DNA of 64,000 nt from Candidatus Versatilivorator sp. (lineage in GTDB: Bacteria; Acidobacteriota; Terriglobia; Versatilivoradales; Versatilivoraceae). The notes under the pieces are model-generated. The model did not search any database. It was not told the origin of the DNA and saw only the letters and a list, made by a program, of their open reading frames with translations. Location: NCBI GenBank assembly GCA_965207735.1, contig OZ242296.1:1696001-1760000 (forward strand), written 5' to 3'. Of the stretch, positions 17,781 through 28,552 are shown in pieces. Numbering within the stretch: the stretch's first letter is position 1; the number at the start of each line of letters is the position of its first letter. A program made the translations under genes and the position numbers.

Positions 17781-19529
17781 ATGGCGTCCTCTTCCCGGTT
17801 GGATCCGATTCGATTCGAAGTCATCCGAAACGCCCTGATGGAAGCGACCGAGGAGATGTCGGTCTCGCTGCGCCGCAGCGCCTATTCCACCAACATCAAG
17901 ACCCGAAACGACTTCTCCTGCGCCCTTTTCGATTGCCGCCTGCGGGCCGTGGCCCAGGCCTTCAATCAACCCAACCATCTGGGCTCACTGGTTCACAGCG
18001 TGCCCAGCGTGGTGCGCGCCTACGGCCCCGACCGGCTCGGACCGGGAGACATGCTCATCGCCAATCATCCCTATCAGGGGGGAGTCCATCTCAACGACAT
18101 CACCTTCATTTCGCCCCTTTTCCACCGGGACCGTCTCTTTGGCTATGTCGCCAACCTGGCCCACCACGTGGATGTCGGGGGCGGAGCTCCGGCCAGTGTC
18201 GGGGCCTTCCAGGAGGTGTTTCAGGAGGGTGTCATTATCCCTCCGGTCAAAGTGGTGGAGAACGGGGAGCTGGTGGAGGATGTCTTTCGATTGGTCCTGG
18301 CTCAGATCCGCTCCAAGCACGAGACCGGCGGCGACTTTCGGGCCCAGGTGGCCGCAAACCACACCGGAACCCGTCGATTGACCGCACTGATCGAGCGGCT
18401 GGGACTGGAAACGATCACTGACTATATCGAAGAACTTCTCGAATACACCGAGCGGCGGACGCGAGCGGAAATGGCCAAGCTTCCCCAAGGTGAATTCAGC
18501 GCCGAGGGCGTGGTAGACAGCGACGGCTTCACCGACCGCCCGGTGCGCCTGGCCGCCAGAATCCAGTTCGAGGGGACCCGGGGGGTTCGATTCGATTTGA
18601 CCGGCTCCGACCCCCAGAGGCGGGCGCCGGTCAATTCCACCTACGCCCAGACCTATTCGGCCTGCGCCTACGTGCTGAAATCGCTGATCGACCCCGACCT
18701 GCCGGTCAACGACGGCTTCTACCGCCTGATGCGGATCGTGGCTCCGGCCGGCAGCGTGGTCCATTGCAGGCCGCCGGCCCCGGTGGTCGGGGGATGGGAA
18801 GTCCAGACCCGCCTGGTGGACGTGATGTTCAAGGCCCTGGCTCCCGCCCTTCCCGGGACCATGCCGGCGGGCACCAAGGCCATGCAGTGCCATGCCGGGT
18901 TTGGCGCCGTCCATCCCGTAAGCGGCGAGTACTACTGTTTCCTGGAAACCCTGGGCGGTGGCTATGGAGCCCGGGCTGCCAGGGATGGCCCGGATGCCGT
19001 ACAGACTCATGGTCAGAACACCGAAAACGCGCCCATAGAAGAGACCGAGTCCAACTACCCGGTACGCATTCTGCGCTACGAACTGGTCAACGATTCCGAG
19101 GGGGCCGGAACCTGCCGAGGAGGATTGGGTCTACGCCGGGACTACCTGTTCACCGACCACGAGGTCTCGTTCACCATTCTGGCGGATCGGGAACGCTGGG
19201 GCCCGCACGGCCTCTTCGGCGGATTCCCGGGCCGCAGGTCCAGCTACCTGCTCAACTCAGGAGACCAGGAGGTTGAAGTGGGATCCAAGCAGACGCTGCA
19301 GCTCAAGCCGGGCCAGATTGTCAGCTACCGCACCTGCGGCGGGGGGGGATACGGTCCGCCTCACCGCCGTTCACCCCAGGCTGTGATGCGGGACGTTCGG
19401 GAAGGCAAGGTCAGCGCGGAAAGAGCCCGGAGTGTCTACGGGGTTGCGGTCGACACCACCGCCTGGAGGGTGGACGAAGCCGAAACCGGCCGGCTGCGCC
19501 GAAAGGACGATCCGGGCGGTTCGGCGTAA
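17781..19529 (+). CDS. Hydantoinase B/oxoprolinase family protein
   Basis: DPIRFEVIRNAL, RSAYSTNIK, NHPYQGGVHLND, HHVDVGG and GGGGYG motifs. Confidence 0.9.
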   Translation: MASSSRLDPIRFEVIRNALMEATEEMSVSLRRSAYSTNIKTRNDFSCALFDCRLRAVAQAFNQPNHLGSLVHSVPSVVRAYGPDRLGPGDMLIANHPYQGGVHLNDITFISPLFHRDRLFGYVANLAHHVDVGGGAPASVGAFQEVFQEGVIIPPVKVVENGELVEDVFRLVLAQIRSKHETGGDFRAQVAANHTGTRRLTALIERLGLETITDYIEELLEYTERRTRAEMAKLPQGEFSAEGVVDSDGFTDRPVRLAARIQFEGTRGVRFDLTGSDPQRRAPVNSTYAQTYSACAYVLKSLIDPDLPVNDGFYRLMRIVAPAGSVVHCRPPAPVVGGWEVQTRLVDVMFKALAPALPGTMPAGTKAMQCHAGFGAVHPVSGEYYCFLETLGGGYGARAARDGPDAVQTHGQNTENAPIEETESNYPVRILRYELVNDSEGAGTCRGGLGLRRDYLFTDHEVSFTILADRERWGPHGLFGGFPGRRSSYLLNSGDQEVEVGSKQTLQLKPGQIVSYRTCGGGGYGPPHRRSPQAVMRDVREGKVSAERARSVYGVAVDTTAWRVDEAETGRLRRKDDPGGSA

Positions 19530-19559
19530 GTTCCAACGAGTGATCACCGGAAGGTTCCC

Positions 19560-20711
19560 ATGGGCGACGCTGCCAGCAAGTCCAAACGACCTCAACCCAT
19601 CTCACGCATCAACTGGTCCGGCCTGCAGCAGGCAATGGATGCGGAAGGCCTGGAGGCCGTGGTGGCCGCATCTCCCGAGAACTTCTTCTACCTGTCCAAC
19701 TGCCTTCTTCTCTCTCAGCAGATCATACCGAGCCGCCTCTGCCTGACCATAGCCCCCAGAGAAAACTCCCCAACGGCCCTGGTCTGCTACTGCGAGGAAC
19801 GGCAGATGCGGCAGGATTCATGGATGACCGACATTCGCATCTACCTGGAATTCCAGGAGCATCCCATGAAGGCCCTGGCCGAGACCTTGAAGGAGATGGG
19901 ACTGGCCAAGGCAGATATCGGCATCGAAAGGCACTTCCTGACGGCCGCCGACGTCGACCGGCTTGGCGAAGAGCTGCCCCAGGCGCGGCTGCGGGGCGCC
20001 GATCGGCTTTTCGGCAGGGTGCGGGCCGTCAAGACACCCGCCGAGCTGGAGATCCTGACCCAGGCGGCTTCCCTGACCGAGGGAGCCATTCAGTCCTCCT
20101 TCCGGAAGGCCCGTCCGGGCCAGTCAGAGAAAGTCATGGCTGATGACCTGTCGGGCCGGGTCCTGCACGCCGGAGCCACCTCGCAATGGATCACGCTGGC
20201 GGTGGGAGCCAATACTGCCGTCAACCACCCCTTCCCCAGTTCCAAGCCGTTGAATCCGGGGGAGGTCCTTCGGGTGGATGTCGGCGGGACCTTTCAGGGT
20301 TATCAATCGGACGTGGCCCGCACCGCGGCCATCGGCGCCGTCACATCCGAGCAGGCCTCGGTGTATCGACGGCTCAGGGAAGCGCAGCGGCGGACCATCG
20401 ACACCGCCCGTCCCGGCGTCAGGGCCTGCGACCTCTATTTCACCTGCAGACGGGAACTGGAGCAGCGCGGTCTGTCCATGACCAGCCAGGCGGTCGGGCA
20501 CGGACTCGGCATCGGCATGCATGAGTTCCCGGTGCTGCACGGCCGCGAAACGGCCCGGATCCAACCCGGCATGGTGCTCAACGTGGAGCCGGCCGTGCTG
20601 GATTCGCAGGGATTCCTCTACCATCTCGAGGACCTCTTTGCGGTGACCGAAACCGGGCCCAGGATCCTGACCCGTCTGATGGACACCACCGATCTGTTTG
20701 TCATCCGCTGA
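19560..20711 (+). CDS. Xaa-Pro peptidase family (M24) protein
   Basis: VDVGG...YQSDVART, GHGLGIGMHEFP, NVEP and LED metal-site motifs. Confidence 0.85.
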   Translation: MGDAASKSKRPQPISRINWSGLQQAMDAEGLEAVVAASPENFFYLSNCLLLSQQIIPSRLCLTIAPRENSPTALVCYCEERQMRQDSWMTDIRIYLEFQEHPMKALAETLKEMGLAKADIGIERHFLTAADVDRLGEELPQARLRGADRLFGRVRAVKTPAELEILTQAASLTEGAIQSSFRKARPGQSEKVMADDLSGRVLHAGATSQWITLAVGANTAVNHPFPSSKPLNPGEVLRVDVGGTFQGYQSDVARTAAIGAVTSEQASVYRRLREAQRRTIDTARPGVRACDLYFTCRRELEQRGLSMTSQAVGHGLGIGMHEFPVLHGRETARIQPGMVLNVEPAVLDSQGFLYHLEDLFAVTETGPRILTRLMDTTDLFVIR

Positions 20712-20838
20712 CCCCGGTCCCGAGCGGAATGGCAGCCGGGTCTCACGACCTCCCGCCCGGAATGGCGAGGCCCCGACCAATCTGCTAAGATCACTTAGAC
20801 CACCGGCCTGCCGGCACCAACCCTAGGGGAGAAAATCC

Positions 20839-22074
20839 ATGGAAAGAAGACACTTCTTGCTGCAATCGGCCGCGCTGACCTTGGCGGCCACCGGACTGCG
20901 ATGCTCGGCCTCCCAGGGGCTGACGAGCCCCCGCCAGGCTGCCGGCCGCAAGGAGAAGCACCGGGTGGCCATTATCGGTTGCGGGCGGATGGGTCAGTAT
21001 TATGCGGACGTCTATCGCGCCATGCCCGACACCGAGCTGGTGGCCATCGCCGAGTGGAACCCGGAGCGGCGCAAGGTGGTCGGCGAGCGTTTCGGAGTCA
21101 AGGCGCTCTACAAGGATGCGCCCGCCATGCTGAAGGAGACGGTGCCTGACATCGCTGCCGTTATCACTCCCACCAAGTTCATGAAGGATGCGGTCATCGC
21201 CTGCGCCGAGGCTGGGGTCAAAGGGGTCTCCACCGACAAACCCATCGCGGCCCGCTTGTCGGACGCCGACGCCATGGTGGAGGCCTGCAAGCAGCGGGGC
21301 GTGGTTTTTGCCGGCGGCAACCTGCAGCGGGCCAAGTGGAACGTTCAGGAGGCCGGCCGCCAGTTGAACGGGGGGAAATGGGGCACTCTCCAGGGAGCTT
21401 CGATCCACGGTTTCGGCGGCGAGATCTCGGGCGGAGGGTGCCAGCATCTTTCCGTACTGCGGCTCTTTGCCAAGTCGGAAGTGCAGGAGGTGATTGCCTG
21501 GGGTACCCCTCTGGAAGCGCTGGCTCCGGAGAAGGACGACGCCGGGCTGATCATCAACGGTCTCTTCTACCTTGGTTCCGGCCTGGAGGCCACGGTATTC
21601 GGCCAAAAGACTCCCTACAGCGGCGTGGAAGCCTGGACCGAAGACTCCCTGGTCCGCTGGAACTGGAACGAGCCTCAGGCGTACAAGGGGGTGGATGCCA
21701 AGGGCGCCCGCCAGGAGGTGGACCCCCAATATGCTCCCAACCTCTGGCTGGACTACGTCAAGCAGACCAAGGGGACCATTCCCGGAACGGAAGAATCCCC
21801 CTGGTACGGGGTCGACTACCTGGTCACCTCCATTCGCTCCTTTCTGGATGCCGTCGACAAGGGACGGGAGCTGTTCATTTCGGGCCACGACCTGCGGCAG
21901 GCCCTGGAGATCGCCATTGCCTGCAAGCTGTCGGCCCAGCTCGGCAATCGTCCGGTCAAGCTGCCCCTGGAAGACCGAGCCCTGGCCCTCTACCCCAGAC
22001 CCTACCGCTGGCTGGGCGGAGACGTCACCAATCGCCCCCAGTCGGCCGAAGAGGCTGCCGGGCAGTTAAGCTGA
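20839..22074 (+). CDS. Gfo/Idh/MocA oxidoreductase with Tat signal
   Basis: ERRHFL, IIGCGRMG and DKPIA motifs. Confidence 0.85.
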   Translation: MERRHFLLQSAALTLAATGLRCSASQGLTSPRQAAGRKEKHRVAIIGCGRMGQYYADVYRAMPDTELVAIAEWNPERRKVVGERFGVKALYKDAPAMLKETVPDIAAVITPTKFMKDAVIACAEAGVKGVSTDKPIAARLSDADAMVEACKQRGVVFAGGNLQRAKWNVQEAGRQLNGGKWGTLQGASIHGFGGEISGGGCQHLSVLRLFAKSEVQEVIAWGTPLEALAPEKDDAGLIINGLFYLGSGLEATVFGQKTPYSGVEAWTEDSLVRWNWNEPQAYKGVDAKGARQEVDPQYAPNLWLDYVKQTKGTIPGTEESPWYGVDYLVTSIRSFLDAVDKGRELFISGHDLRQALEIAIACKLSAQLGNRPVKLPLEDRALALYPRPYRWLGGDVTNRPQSAEEAAGQLS

Positions 22075-22153
22075 AGCTGCCCCAAAATGAACCGGCGACT
22101 CCGGCCTGAAGGGCAGCAGCGCCGCCCAACCCCAACCCCGCGGAGGTGAGTTT

Positions 22154-23680
22154 CTGGAAGCACCATCTTTCGGAACGCTAAACACCCTGGTCCTGGTGGG
22201 TTACTTCGCGGTGGTGGTCGGTCTGGCCCTGAGTCTTTCCGGCAAGCAGAAGGACACCGGCACCTACTTCCTGGCCAACCGGCGCATGCCCTGGCTGGCG
22301 GTTTCCCTCAGCGTGGTCGCCAGTGTTCTGAGCGCCATCACCTACCTGGGTGCGCCGCAGGTGGCCTACGAGGAGAATGCCGCTCTGGTTGTGGGGCTGC
22401 CGGCTACCCTGCTGGCCGCGCCGCTGGTCATTCTGCTGTTTTTCCCCATCTACCGCAGGCTTCAGGTCACCAGCATCTACGAGTACGTGGGCTTGCGCTT
22501 CGGGAGCCGATCCCGCTACGCCGCTTCCTTCTTCTCGATTCTGCAGTTGCTGGGCTGGATGGGCATTGCCCTGTACGCGCCGGCCCTGGCGCTTTCGACG
22601 GTCACCGGCCTCGACCTCTGGAGCGCGATCATTGTCATGGGCCTGGTGGCCACCGCCTACACCACCTTGGGCGGGATGGCCGCAGTGATCTGGACCGACG
22701 TGGTGCAGTTCCTGGTTCTGGCCTTCGGGGCAGTCCTGATCACCTTGTCTCTGATCGAGCGCGTGCCCGGGGGGATGGACCGGATCATGGAAATGGCTTC
22801 CGCCCATGACAAGCTGCCGCTGCTGGATCTGACCTTCAGCTTCTCGGAAATCAACGGCCTGACAGTGGTGATCTGCTATTTCATCATCGCCTTCGGCCAG
22901 TACGGCACCAGCCAGGTGCCTGTCCAGCGGTTGCTCTCGATCAAGAACTTCAGAGGGATGGTCAAGGCACAGATTCTGGATCACCTTTTGGAAATCATCC
23001 TGCTGGCGCTTCTCTTCTTCATCGGGCTGGGCCTGTTCGCTTACTTCTCCCTGTTTCCGGAACGTCTGGCCGAAGGGATCAGCGGCGACAGAATTCTCCC
23101 GTTTTACATCATCCACGCCCTGCCGGCAGGAATTTCAGGCCTGATCATCGCCGCAGTCTTTGCCGCCGCCATGTCCACCGTCGACTCCGGCATTCACTCC
23201 ATGAGCACCATGATCCTGGTGGACTTCATCCAGCCGTTGAGAAAGAGAGCCCTGGATTCCCGCCAGGGTCTCCAGGTCGCCCGTGGACTGACGATCGGCC
23301 TGGGTCTGCTGGCCACTGCTTCCGGCCTGCTGGTCTCTCAGATCGAGGGAATCCTCAAGGCGATCAGCATGGTCGGCGGCTACGTGGCCTCACCGGTCAC
23401 CGCCCTGTTCCTCATGGGGATTCTGACGCGCAGGGGAAATTTCGGCGGTTGGCTGATCGCCACCTGCCTGGTCACCATTCCCACGCAGGTCTACATCCAG
23501 AACTATTCGGACACCCACTGGATATTTTACGGGCCCCTCGGGATGGTCATCTGCCTGGCGGTCTCCTACCCTTTCAGCCTGATTTATGCCAGGGTGCGGC
23601 GCCTCCCACCCGCCGACCGGGAATACACCCTGTGGCGCCGCAAGACGCCCGGTGAAGCGTCCCTGTTGCAAAATCCTTGA
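22154..23680 (+). CDS. Sodium:solute symporter (SSS, SiaT-like); probable CTG start
   Basis: YFLANRRMPW, GGMAAVIWTDVVQ and AAAMSTVDSG motifs with many TM segments. GGAGGTGA RBS precedes CTG at 22154. Confidence 0.88.
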   Translation: MEAPSFGTLNTLVLVGYFAVVVGLALSLSGKQKDTGTYFLANRRMPWLAVSLSVVASVLSAITYLGAPQVAYEENAALVVGLPATLLAAPLVILLFFPIYRRLQVTSIYEYVGLRFGSRSRYAASFFSILQLLGWMGIALYAPALALSTVTGLDLWSAIIVMGLVATAYTTLGGMAAVIWTDVVQFLVLAFGAVLITLSLIERVPGGMDRIMEMASAHDKLPLLDLTFSFSEINGLTVVICYFIIAFGQYGTSQVPVQRLLSIKNFRGMVKAQILDHLLEIILLALLFFIGLGLFAYFSLFPERLAEGISGDRILPFYIIHALPAGISGLIIAAVFAAAMSTVDSGIHSMSTMILVDFIQPLRKRALDSRQGLQVARGLTIGLGLLATASGLLVSQIEGILKAISMVGGYVASPVTALFLMGILTRRGNFGGWLIATCLVTIPTQVYIQNYSDTHWIFYGPLGMVICLAVSYPFSLIYARVRRLPPADREYTLWRRKTPGEASLLQNP

Positions 23681-23724
23681 GGAGCCAAGCGACTCCGTCC
23701 CAGCTTGGCCTGGAGGAGGACCCA

Positions 23725-25335
23725 GTGCAAACCAGAAGAGATTTCCTCAGAACCTCGACCGCCTCCCTGGGCCTGGTAGGCGCCCAGGGCCTGAACCCAT
23801 CCCGCGCCGCCCCGGCGCAGGGTCCCCGCGGCAGCGGAAAGCGGCCCCGCCTGATCTACAACAACGACGGCGACGACAGTTACTCCCCCCTGGCCACCAC
23901 CCCCGAGGGGTTTCTGGCGCAGCGGATGAAGACCCTGCCGGGCACCCACGTCGACAGCCTCTACTACTGCGGATTCGTGACCAGGCCCCACTGGGAAACT
24001 TCATATCCCATGGGGCCGGAAAAGGATCCCATCCGGGTCACCGTGGATTTTGCCCGGCAGCACGGCCTGGAGTGCGTCTTCTCCTTCCGCATGAACGACA
24101 TCCACGACGCCTTCATCGCGGGACGGCTTAACCCTTTCAAGCGTCGACACCCTCGGTTTCTGCTGGCAAGCTTTTCCGATTCAGACTCCTTTCAGCCCTT
24201 CCTGCGCTGGAATCGGAAGGAGGGCGAACACCCCCTGACGCCGACCCGGCAGGCCTTCGGGGTCCGCTCCTCGGAGTGGTTCAGCTGGTCGGCGCTGGAC
24301 TACGCCCGCCCCGAGGTGCGCCAACGGTTTCTGCAAGCGATCGAAGAAGCCTGCCGGCGCTACGACCTGGACGGCGTGGAACTGGACTGGTGCCGCCACC
24401 CCTTCTTCTTCCAACCTGGAACCGAACGCCAGAACGCCCCCCTCCTGACCGACTTCGTGCGGACGGTTCGCCGCCGCCTGCGGGACATTTCGAGGCAGAA
24501 GGGCAAGGCCATCCAACTGGCCATGCGCGTGGCCGACACGCCCGAACTCTCGCTGAACAACGGGGTGGACGCCGCTTCCTGGATCGAGGAAGGCCTGGTG
24601 GACCTGCTGGTTGCCGGGGCCGGCTATGTCCCCTTCACCACCCCGGTCGAGACCTGGATCGAACTGGGCCATGCCGCGGGCATCCCGGTCTATCCCTGCC
24701 TGAGCGGCTCGACCAGAGCCTTCCAGGATATTCGCGCGGCTCGGGCCGCGGCCCAGCGCTTCTGGTCGGCAGGGGCCGACGGCCTTTACTGGTTCAATCT
24801 CTTTGTGATGTCAGGCATTCGCGGCGGCAGAGGCACTGCCGAGGTCCACGACCCCCACCAGCAGCAGATCGCCGAGGAGACGGGAGAGGCCGCCGTGCTC
24901 TCGCGTCTCGACAAGCTCTATACCGTCGATCGCACCCAGGAAGCCGGCTACATTGCCCACATCTGCCCTCCGGCGCCGCTGCCGGTGACCTTCTCGACTG
25001 CCTCGGGCTCCCAGGAGAAACGGATCCCCATCCCTGTCGGCGACGACTTGAAGGAAAATCCTGCCTCCGGCTCCCGTCCGGCGACGGAATTGAGGATTGC
25101 CTGGTCGACGCCGGTCCGGCCGGAACAGGCAAGCTTTGAGCTCAACGGGGTTCGGCTTGCCGCTGGTGACGGTGTTCGACGGCCAGGTTCCGGCGGCACG
25201 GCCTGGATGGATTGGAAGCTGCCCGCCGGCCGGGTCCGCCGGGGTACCAACGAACTTGCCGTGAAAGTCCACCCCAACTGCCCGGCCGGCTTGACGCTGG
25301 AGGAGGTGCACCTGGCGCTCACCTATCCAGAGTGA
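23725..25335 (+). CDS. Tat-exported glycoside hydrolase-like (GHL10/DUF187-type) TIM-barrel protein
   Basis: TRRDFL, RLIYNNDG, SFRMNDIH, LDYARPEVR and YDLDGVELDWCRH motifs; GGAGGAGG RBS. Confidence 0.75.
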   Translation: MQTRRDFLRTSTASLGLVGAQGLNPSRAAPAQGPRGSGKRPRLIYNNDGDDSYSPLATTPEGFLAQRMKTLPGTHVDSLYYCGFVTRPHWETSYPMGPEKDPIRVTVDFARQHGLECVFSFRMNDIHDAFIAGRLNPFKRRHPRFLLASFSDSDSFQPFLRWNRKEGEHPLTPTRQAFGVRSSEWFSWSALDYARPEVRQRFLQAIEEACRRYDLDGVELDWCRHPFFFQPGTERQNAPLLTDFVRTVRRRLRDISRQKGKAIQLAMRVADTPELSLNNGVDAASWIEEGLVDLLVAGAGYVPFTTPVETWIELGHAAGIPVYPCLSGSTRAFQDIRAARAAAQRFWSAGADGLYWFNLFVMSGIRGGRGTAEVHDPHQQQIAEETGEAAVLSRLDKLYTVDRTQEAGYIAHICPPAPLPVTFSTASGSQEKRIPIPVGDDLKENPASGSRPATELRIAWSTPVRPEQASFELNGVRLAAGDGVRRPGSGGTAWMDWKLPAGRVRRGTNELAVKVHPNCPAGLTLEEVHLALTYPE

Positions 25336-25363
25336 AGAGTGGAGAGTGGAGAGTGGAGAGTGA
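25329..25363 (+). repeat. Heptamer tandem repeat (AGAGTGR)x5
   Basis: AGAGTGA AGAGTGG AGAGTGG AGAGTGG AGAGTGA, overlapping the stop codon of the upstream gene. Confidence 0.9.
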
Positions 25364-25496
25364 ATGAACTCGATGGGTTGAGCACCAAATCGATCTGGGC
25401 ACGGAAGTTCGGGAAGTGCGAACGGACCAAAGGGGAGCTTGCCTGGTGCCGGAACTTTCTCCTGTGAATGATCCTCCCGGCAGTCCCGAGGCAAGG

Positions 25497-27053
25497 CTAA
25501 ACCTGCTCCGCCGGCGCGGCCCGCGTCCAGTAGTCCCGATCCAGATTGCGATACTGAATGGCCTCCGAGATATGGGGAGGCTGAATGACCTCGGACTGAT
25601 CCAGATCGGCAACGGTGCGGGCCACCTTGAGGATCCGATCGTAGGCGCGGGCGCTGAAGCCCATTCGGGTCATGGCTCGTTCCAGATGTCGCTGCCCCTC
25701 TGCTCCAATATCGCAGAAACGGCGAATCAGGCGCGGCGTCATCTGGGCGTTGCAGTAGATCCCGGCGCCGGCGAAGCGCCGCTGTTGAATTTCCCGGATC
25801 CGGGTGACCCGTCCCCGGATGTCTTTCGAGGGCTCCCCCATCGCCTTGGCCGACAGTTCGGCGTAGGCAACCGGGGGAACATCGATGTGGATGTCTATGC
25901 GGTCGAGCAACGGCCCTGAGATCCGGGCCAGGTAACGCTGGATCAGGCTCGGGGTGCAGGCGCAGGCCCGGCCGGGATCGTTGTAGAAGCCGCAGGGACA
26001 GGGGTTCATGGCCCCCACCAAGGTGAAGCGGGAAGGGAAAGTCAGCGAAACGGCCGCCCGAGCGATGGTCACCTCTCCGTCCTCCAGCGGCTGGCGCATC
26101 ACTTCCAGGACGTTGCGGGCGAACTCGGGAAGTTCGTCCAGGAACAGGACGCCGTTGTGGGCCAGACTGACCTCTCCCGGCTTCGGCAGCGCGCCCCCTC
26201 CAATCAACCCGGCATCGGAGATGGTATGGTGAGGAGCCCGAAAGGGGCGCTGGCTGATCAGCCCGGCGCCGCTTGCCAAGACCCCGCCGACGGAGTGGAT
26301 CTTGGTGGTTTCGATGGCCTCTTCAAAACTGGGCGGCGGAAGGATGGTGGGGATGCGCTTGGCCAGCATGGTCTTTCCGGAACCGGGAGGACCGATCATG
26401 ATGAGGTTGTGCCCGCCGGCAGTCGCCACCTCCAAGGCCCGCTTGGCGGTGAGCTGTCCCTTCACGTCCCGATAGTCCAGCGGGGATTGGGGCGCCGCCG
26501 CCAGTAGGCGGCGGGCATCCACCTCGCTGGGCTGAAACTCGCGGGCGCCGTTGACCAGGTCCACCACCTCCGTCAGGTTTTTCAGACCGTAGACCGAGAG
26601 GCCGCCGACAACCGCGGCTTCACGGGCGTTTTCCGCCGGCAGGACCAGGTGGCTAATCCCTTTCTGCCGGGCGGCCACGGCAATGGGAAGAGCTCCTCGA
26701 ACCGGACGCAATCCTCCGTCCAGGGAAAGCTCCCCCAGAAAAAGCCAGTCTCCGAGATCCAGACTCTGCAGAGTTCCCACCGTTCCCAGGATGCCCAGGG
26801 CCATGGGAAGGTCGAAAGCCGATCCTTCCTTCTTGACGTCGGCCGGCGCCAGGTTCACGGTAATGTTCCGAAAGGGATAGTCGAGTCCGCAGTTCTTGAC
26901 GGCCGAACGGATCCGCTCCTTGCTTTCCTTGACCGCGGCATCCGGCAGTCCTACCGTCAGGAAGTTGGCTTTCCCGGGGGAAACATCCACCTCCACCTCG
27001 ACCACGTAGGCATCGATCCCGAAAACGGCTGCACTCAGCGTTTTGAACAGCAT
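25497..27053 (-). CDS. comM: YifB/ComM family Mg-chelatase-like AAA+ ATPase
   Basis: [40 protein letters not shown] and SGPLLDRID motifs. Confidence 0.9.
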   Translation of the reverse strand: MLFKTLSAAVFGIDAYVVEVEVDVSPGKANFLTVGLPDAAVKESKERIRSAVKNCGLDYPFRNITVNLAPADVKKEGSAFDLPMALGILGTVGTLQSLDLGDWLFLGELSLDGGLRPVRGALPIAVAARQKGISHLVLPAENAREAAVVGGLSVYGLKNLTEVVDLVNGAREFQPSEVDARRLLAAAPQSPLDYRDVKGQLTAKRALEVATAGGHNLIMIGPPGSGKTMLAKRIPTILPPPSFEEAIETTKIHSVGGVLASGAGLISQRPFRAPHHTISDAGLIGGGALPKPGEVSLAHNGVLFLDELPEFARNVLEVMRQPLEDGEVTIARAAVSLTFPSRFTLVGAMNPCPCGFYNDPGRACACTPSLIQRYLARISGPLLDRIDIHIDVPPVAYAELSAKAMGEPSKDIRGRVTRIREIQQRRFAGAGIYCNAQMTPRLIRRFCDIGAEGQRHLERAMTRMGFSARAYDRILKVARTVADLDQSEVIQPPHISEAIQYRNLDRDYWTRAAPAEQV

Positions 27054-27403
27054 CCTCACCTCCAGCGATCGCCGGCGACATTGGGTGGCCGGCGCCGGGA
27101 CGCGCCTGCGCAATCCGACGCATTGGCAAGACTTGCGTGGGAAGAGTGCAGCCCGGCTTGAATTGTGAGGGAGGTTGGAACCAGGGAGAGTCAACGGATA
27201 GGGGACCTACCCGCGTCCGTCCGCTGAGACTCCGGATTATAGGCGATGTACCGAGGGCAGGCAACGGCCTCGCGAAACAGGCACTGGTCCGCTGGTCGAA
27301 ATGCCCGACGGCCCGCGGCCGAAGATGGCCCTATAATCGGGGAAAGACTGCCTGTTCAATGCTATACTTCGATAGCAAACTTCAAAAAAGGAAACACCCA
27401 GCC

Positions 27404-28519
27404 ATGACTCATCCATCCCTCAGGATCGGGCTTCCGGTTCTGCTGATTGTCGCGCTCCTACCCGGACTGGCGGGGACCGCCGAAGCCGCGCCGCCTCTGA
27501 CGGCGGAGCAGGTCACCACCATCGTGACCGCCTCCAAGTTCGGAATCACGGTCGAGCGGGCGGTGGAGATGATTCGCGAGCGCGGGATCGGATTCACGGT
27601 CACCGACGCCTTTCTGAAGCGACTGGAAGCCCAGGAGGCCGACGCGGCCATTGTGAATGTCGTGAAAGAGTTGGGAGGAAAGCACAAGACGACCGTCCAG
27701 CCTGCCGCGGCCCCCGGCGTCATCCCCGCAGAACCCAACGGCGCCGAGAAGGCGCCCCCACCGCCGCCCGATGTGGATCTCCTGCCGCTCGGGACCGCGC
27801 CCACGGCCGAGAACTGGCCTCAATTCCTGGAGTCGGTCAGAAACAGGGTGCTGAGATACGCCCACACCTTGCCGGAGTTTGTCTGCAATCAGGGTACCCG
27901 GTCATACCAGGCGTTCGGCCGGAGAGGCTGGACCCAGAGGGAGATCTATGAGGTCGAGGTGAGCTACTTCGACCACTCACCCCATTACAAGCAGATCAGC
28001 AAGTATCCTCTTTTCCGCGACGTGGGGGAATTCGGGCCCGTATTGACCGGACTCTTCGTGCCTCGGTCCAAGGCCACCTTCAAACTGCAGGGCCTGGAGA
28101 AAAAGCATGGACGAAACACGGCCAGAGTGTCCTTTCAGGTGCCCCGTGAAACTTCCCAGCGCCCCATTCAAGTCAAGGACGAGGGAATGGTTCCCTTTGG
28201 CTATCGCGGGCGTTTCTGGGTGGATCTCGACACCCACCGGGTAGTCCGGCTGGAGTCCAAATCCACCGACATGCCCCGGAAAGCCCCGATCACCGACGAG
28301 GAACTGGTGCTCCGCTACAAGGAAGTGATGTTGGTGGACAAGCTGGTCTGGCTGCCCGCCGAGCTGCATGTCATCGTCAAGACAGACGCCATGGGCGACG
28401 GCGGGCTGAGCACCGGCGCGCTGAACGCCGGCGGGACCCCCAATTTCCAAACCTCCGACAAGACCTCGCTGCGTTGGGTCAGCTTCTTCAGGAACTATCG
28501 CCCCTTCGAATCGGAATGA
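27404..28519 (+). CDS. Hypothetical secreted protein
   Basis: Signal peptide, Pro-rich linker and a beta-rich C-terminal domain (LPEFVC, GEFG, GRFWVD). Confidence 0.7.
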   Translation: MTHPSLRIGLPVLLIVALLPGLAGTAEAAPPLTAEQVTTIVTASKFGITVERAVEMIRERGIGFTVTDAFLKRLEAQEADAAIVNVVKELGGKHKTTVQPAAAPGVIPAEPNGAEKAPPPPPDVDLLPLGTAPTAENWPQFLESVRNRVLRYAHTLPEFVCNQGTRSYQAFGRRGWTQREIYEVEVSYFDHSPHYKQISKYPLFRDVGEFGPVLTGLFVPRSKATFKLQGLEKKHGRNTARVSFQVPRETSQRPIQVKDEGMVPFGYRGRFWVDLDTHRVVRLESKSTDMPRKAPITDEELVLRYKEVMLVDKLVWLPAELHVIVKTDAMGDGGLSTGALNAGGTPNFQTSDKTSLRWVSFFRNYRPFESE

Positions 28520-28552
28520 GCCCCGAATCCGGTAGAAACGTCGTGAACCGGG

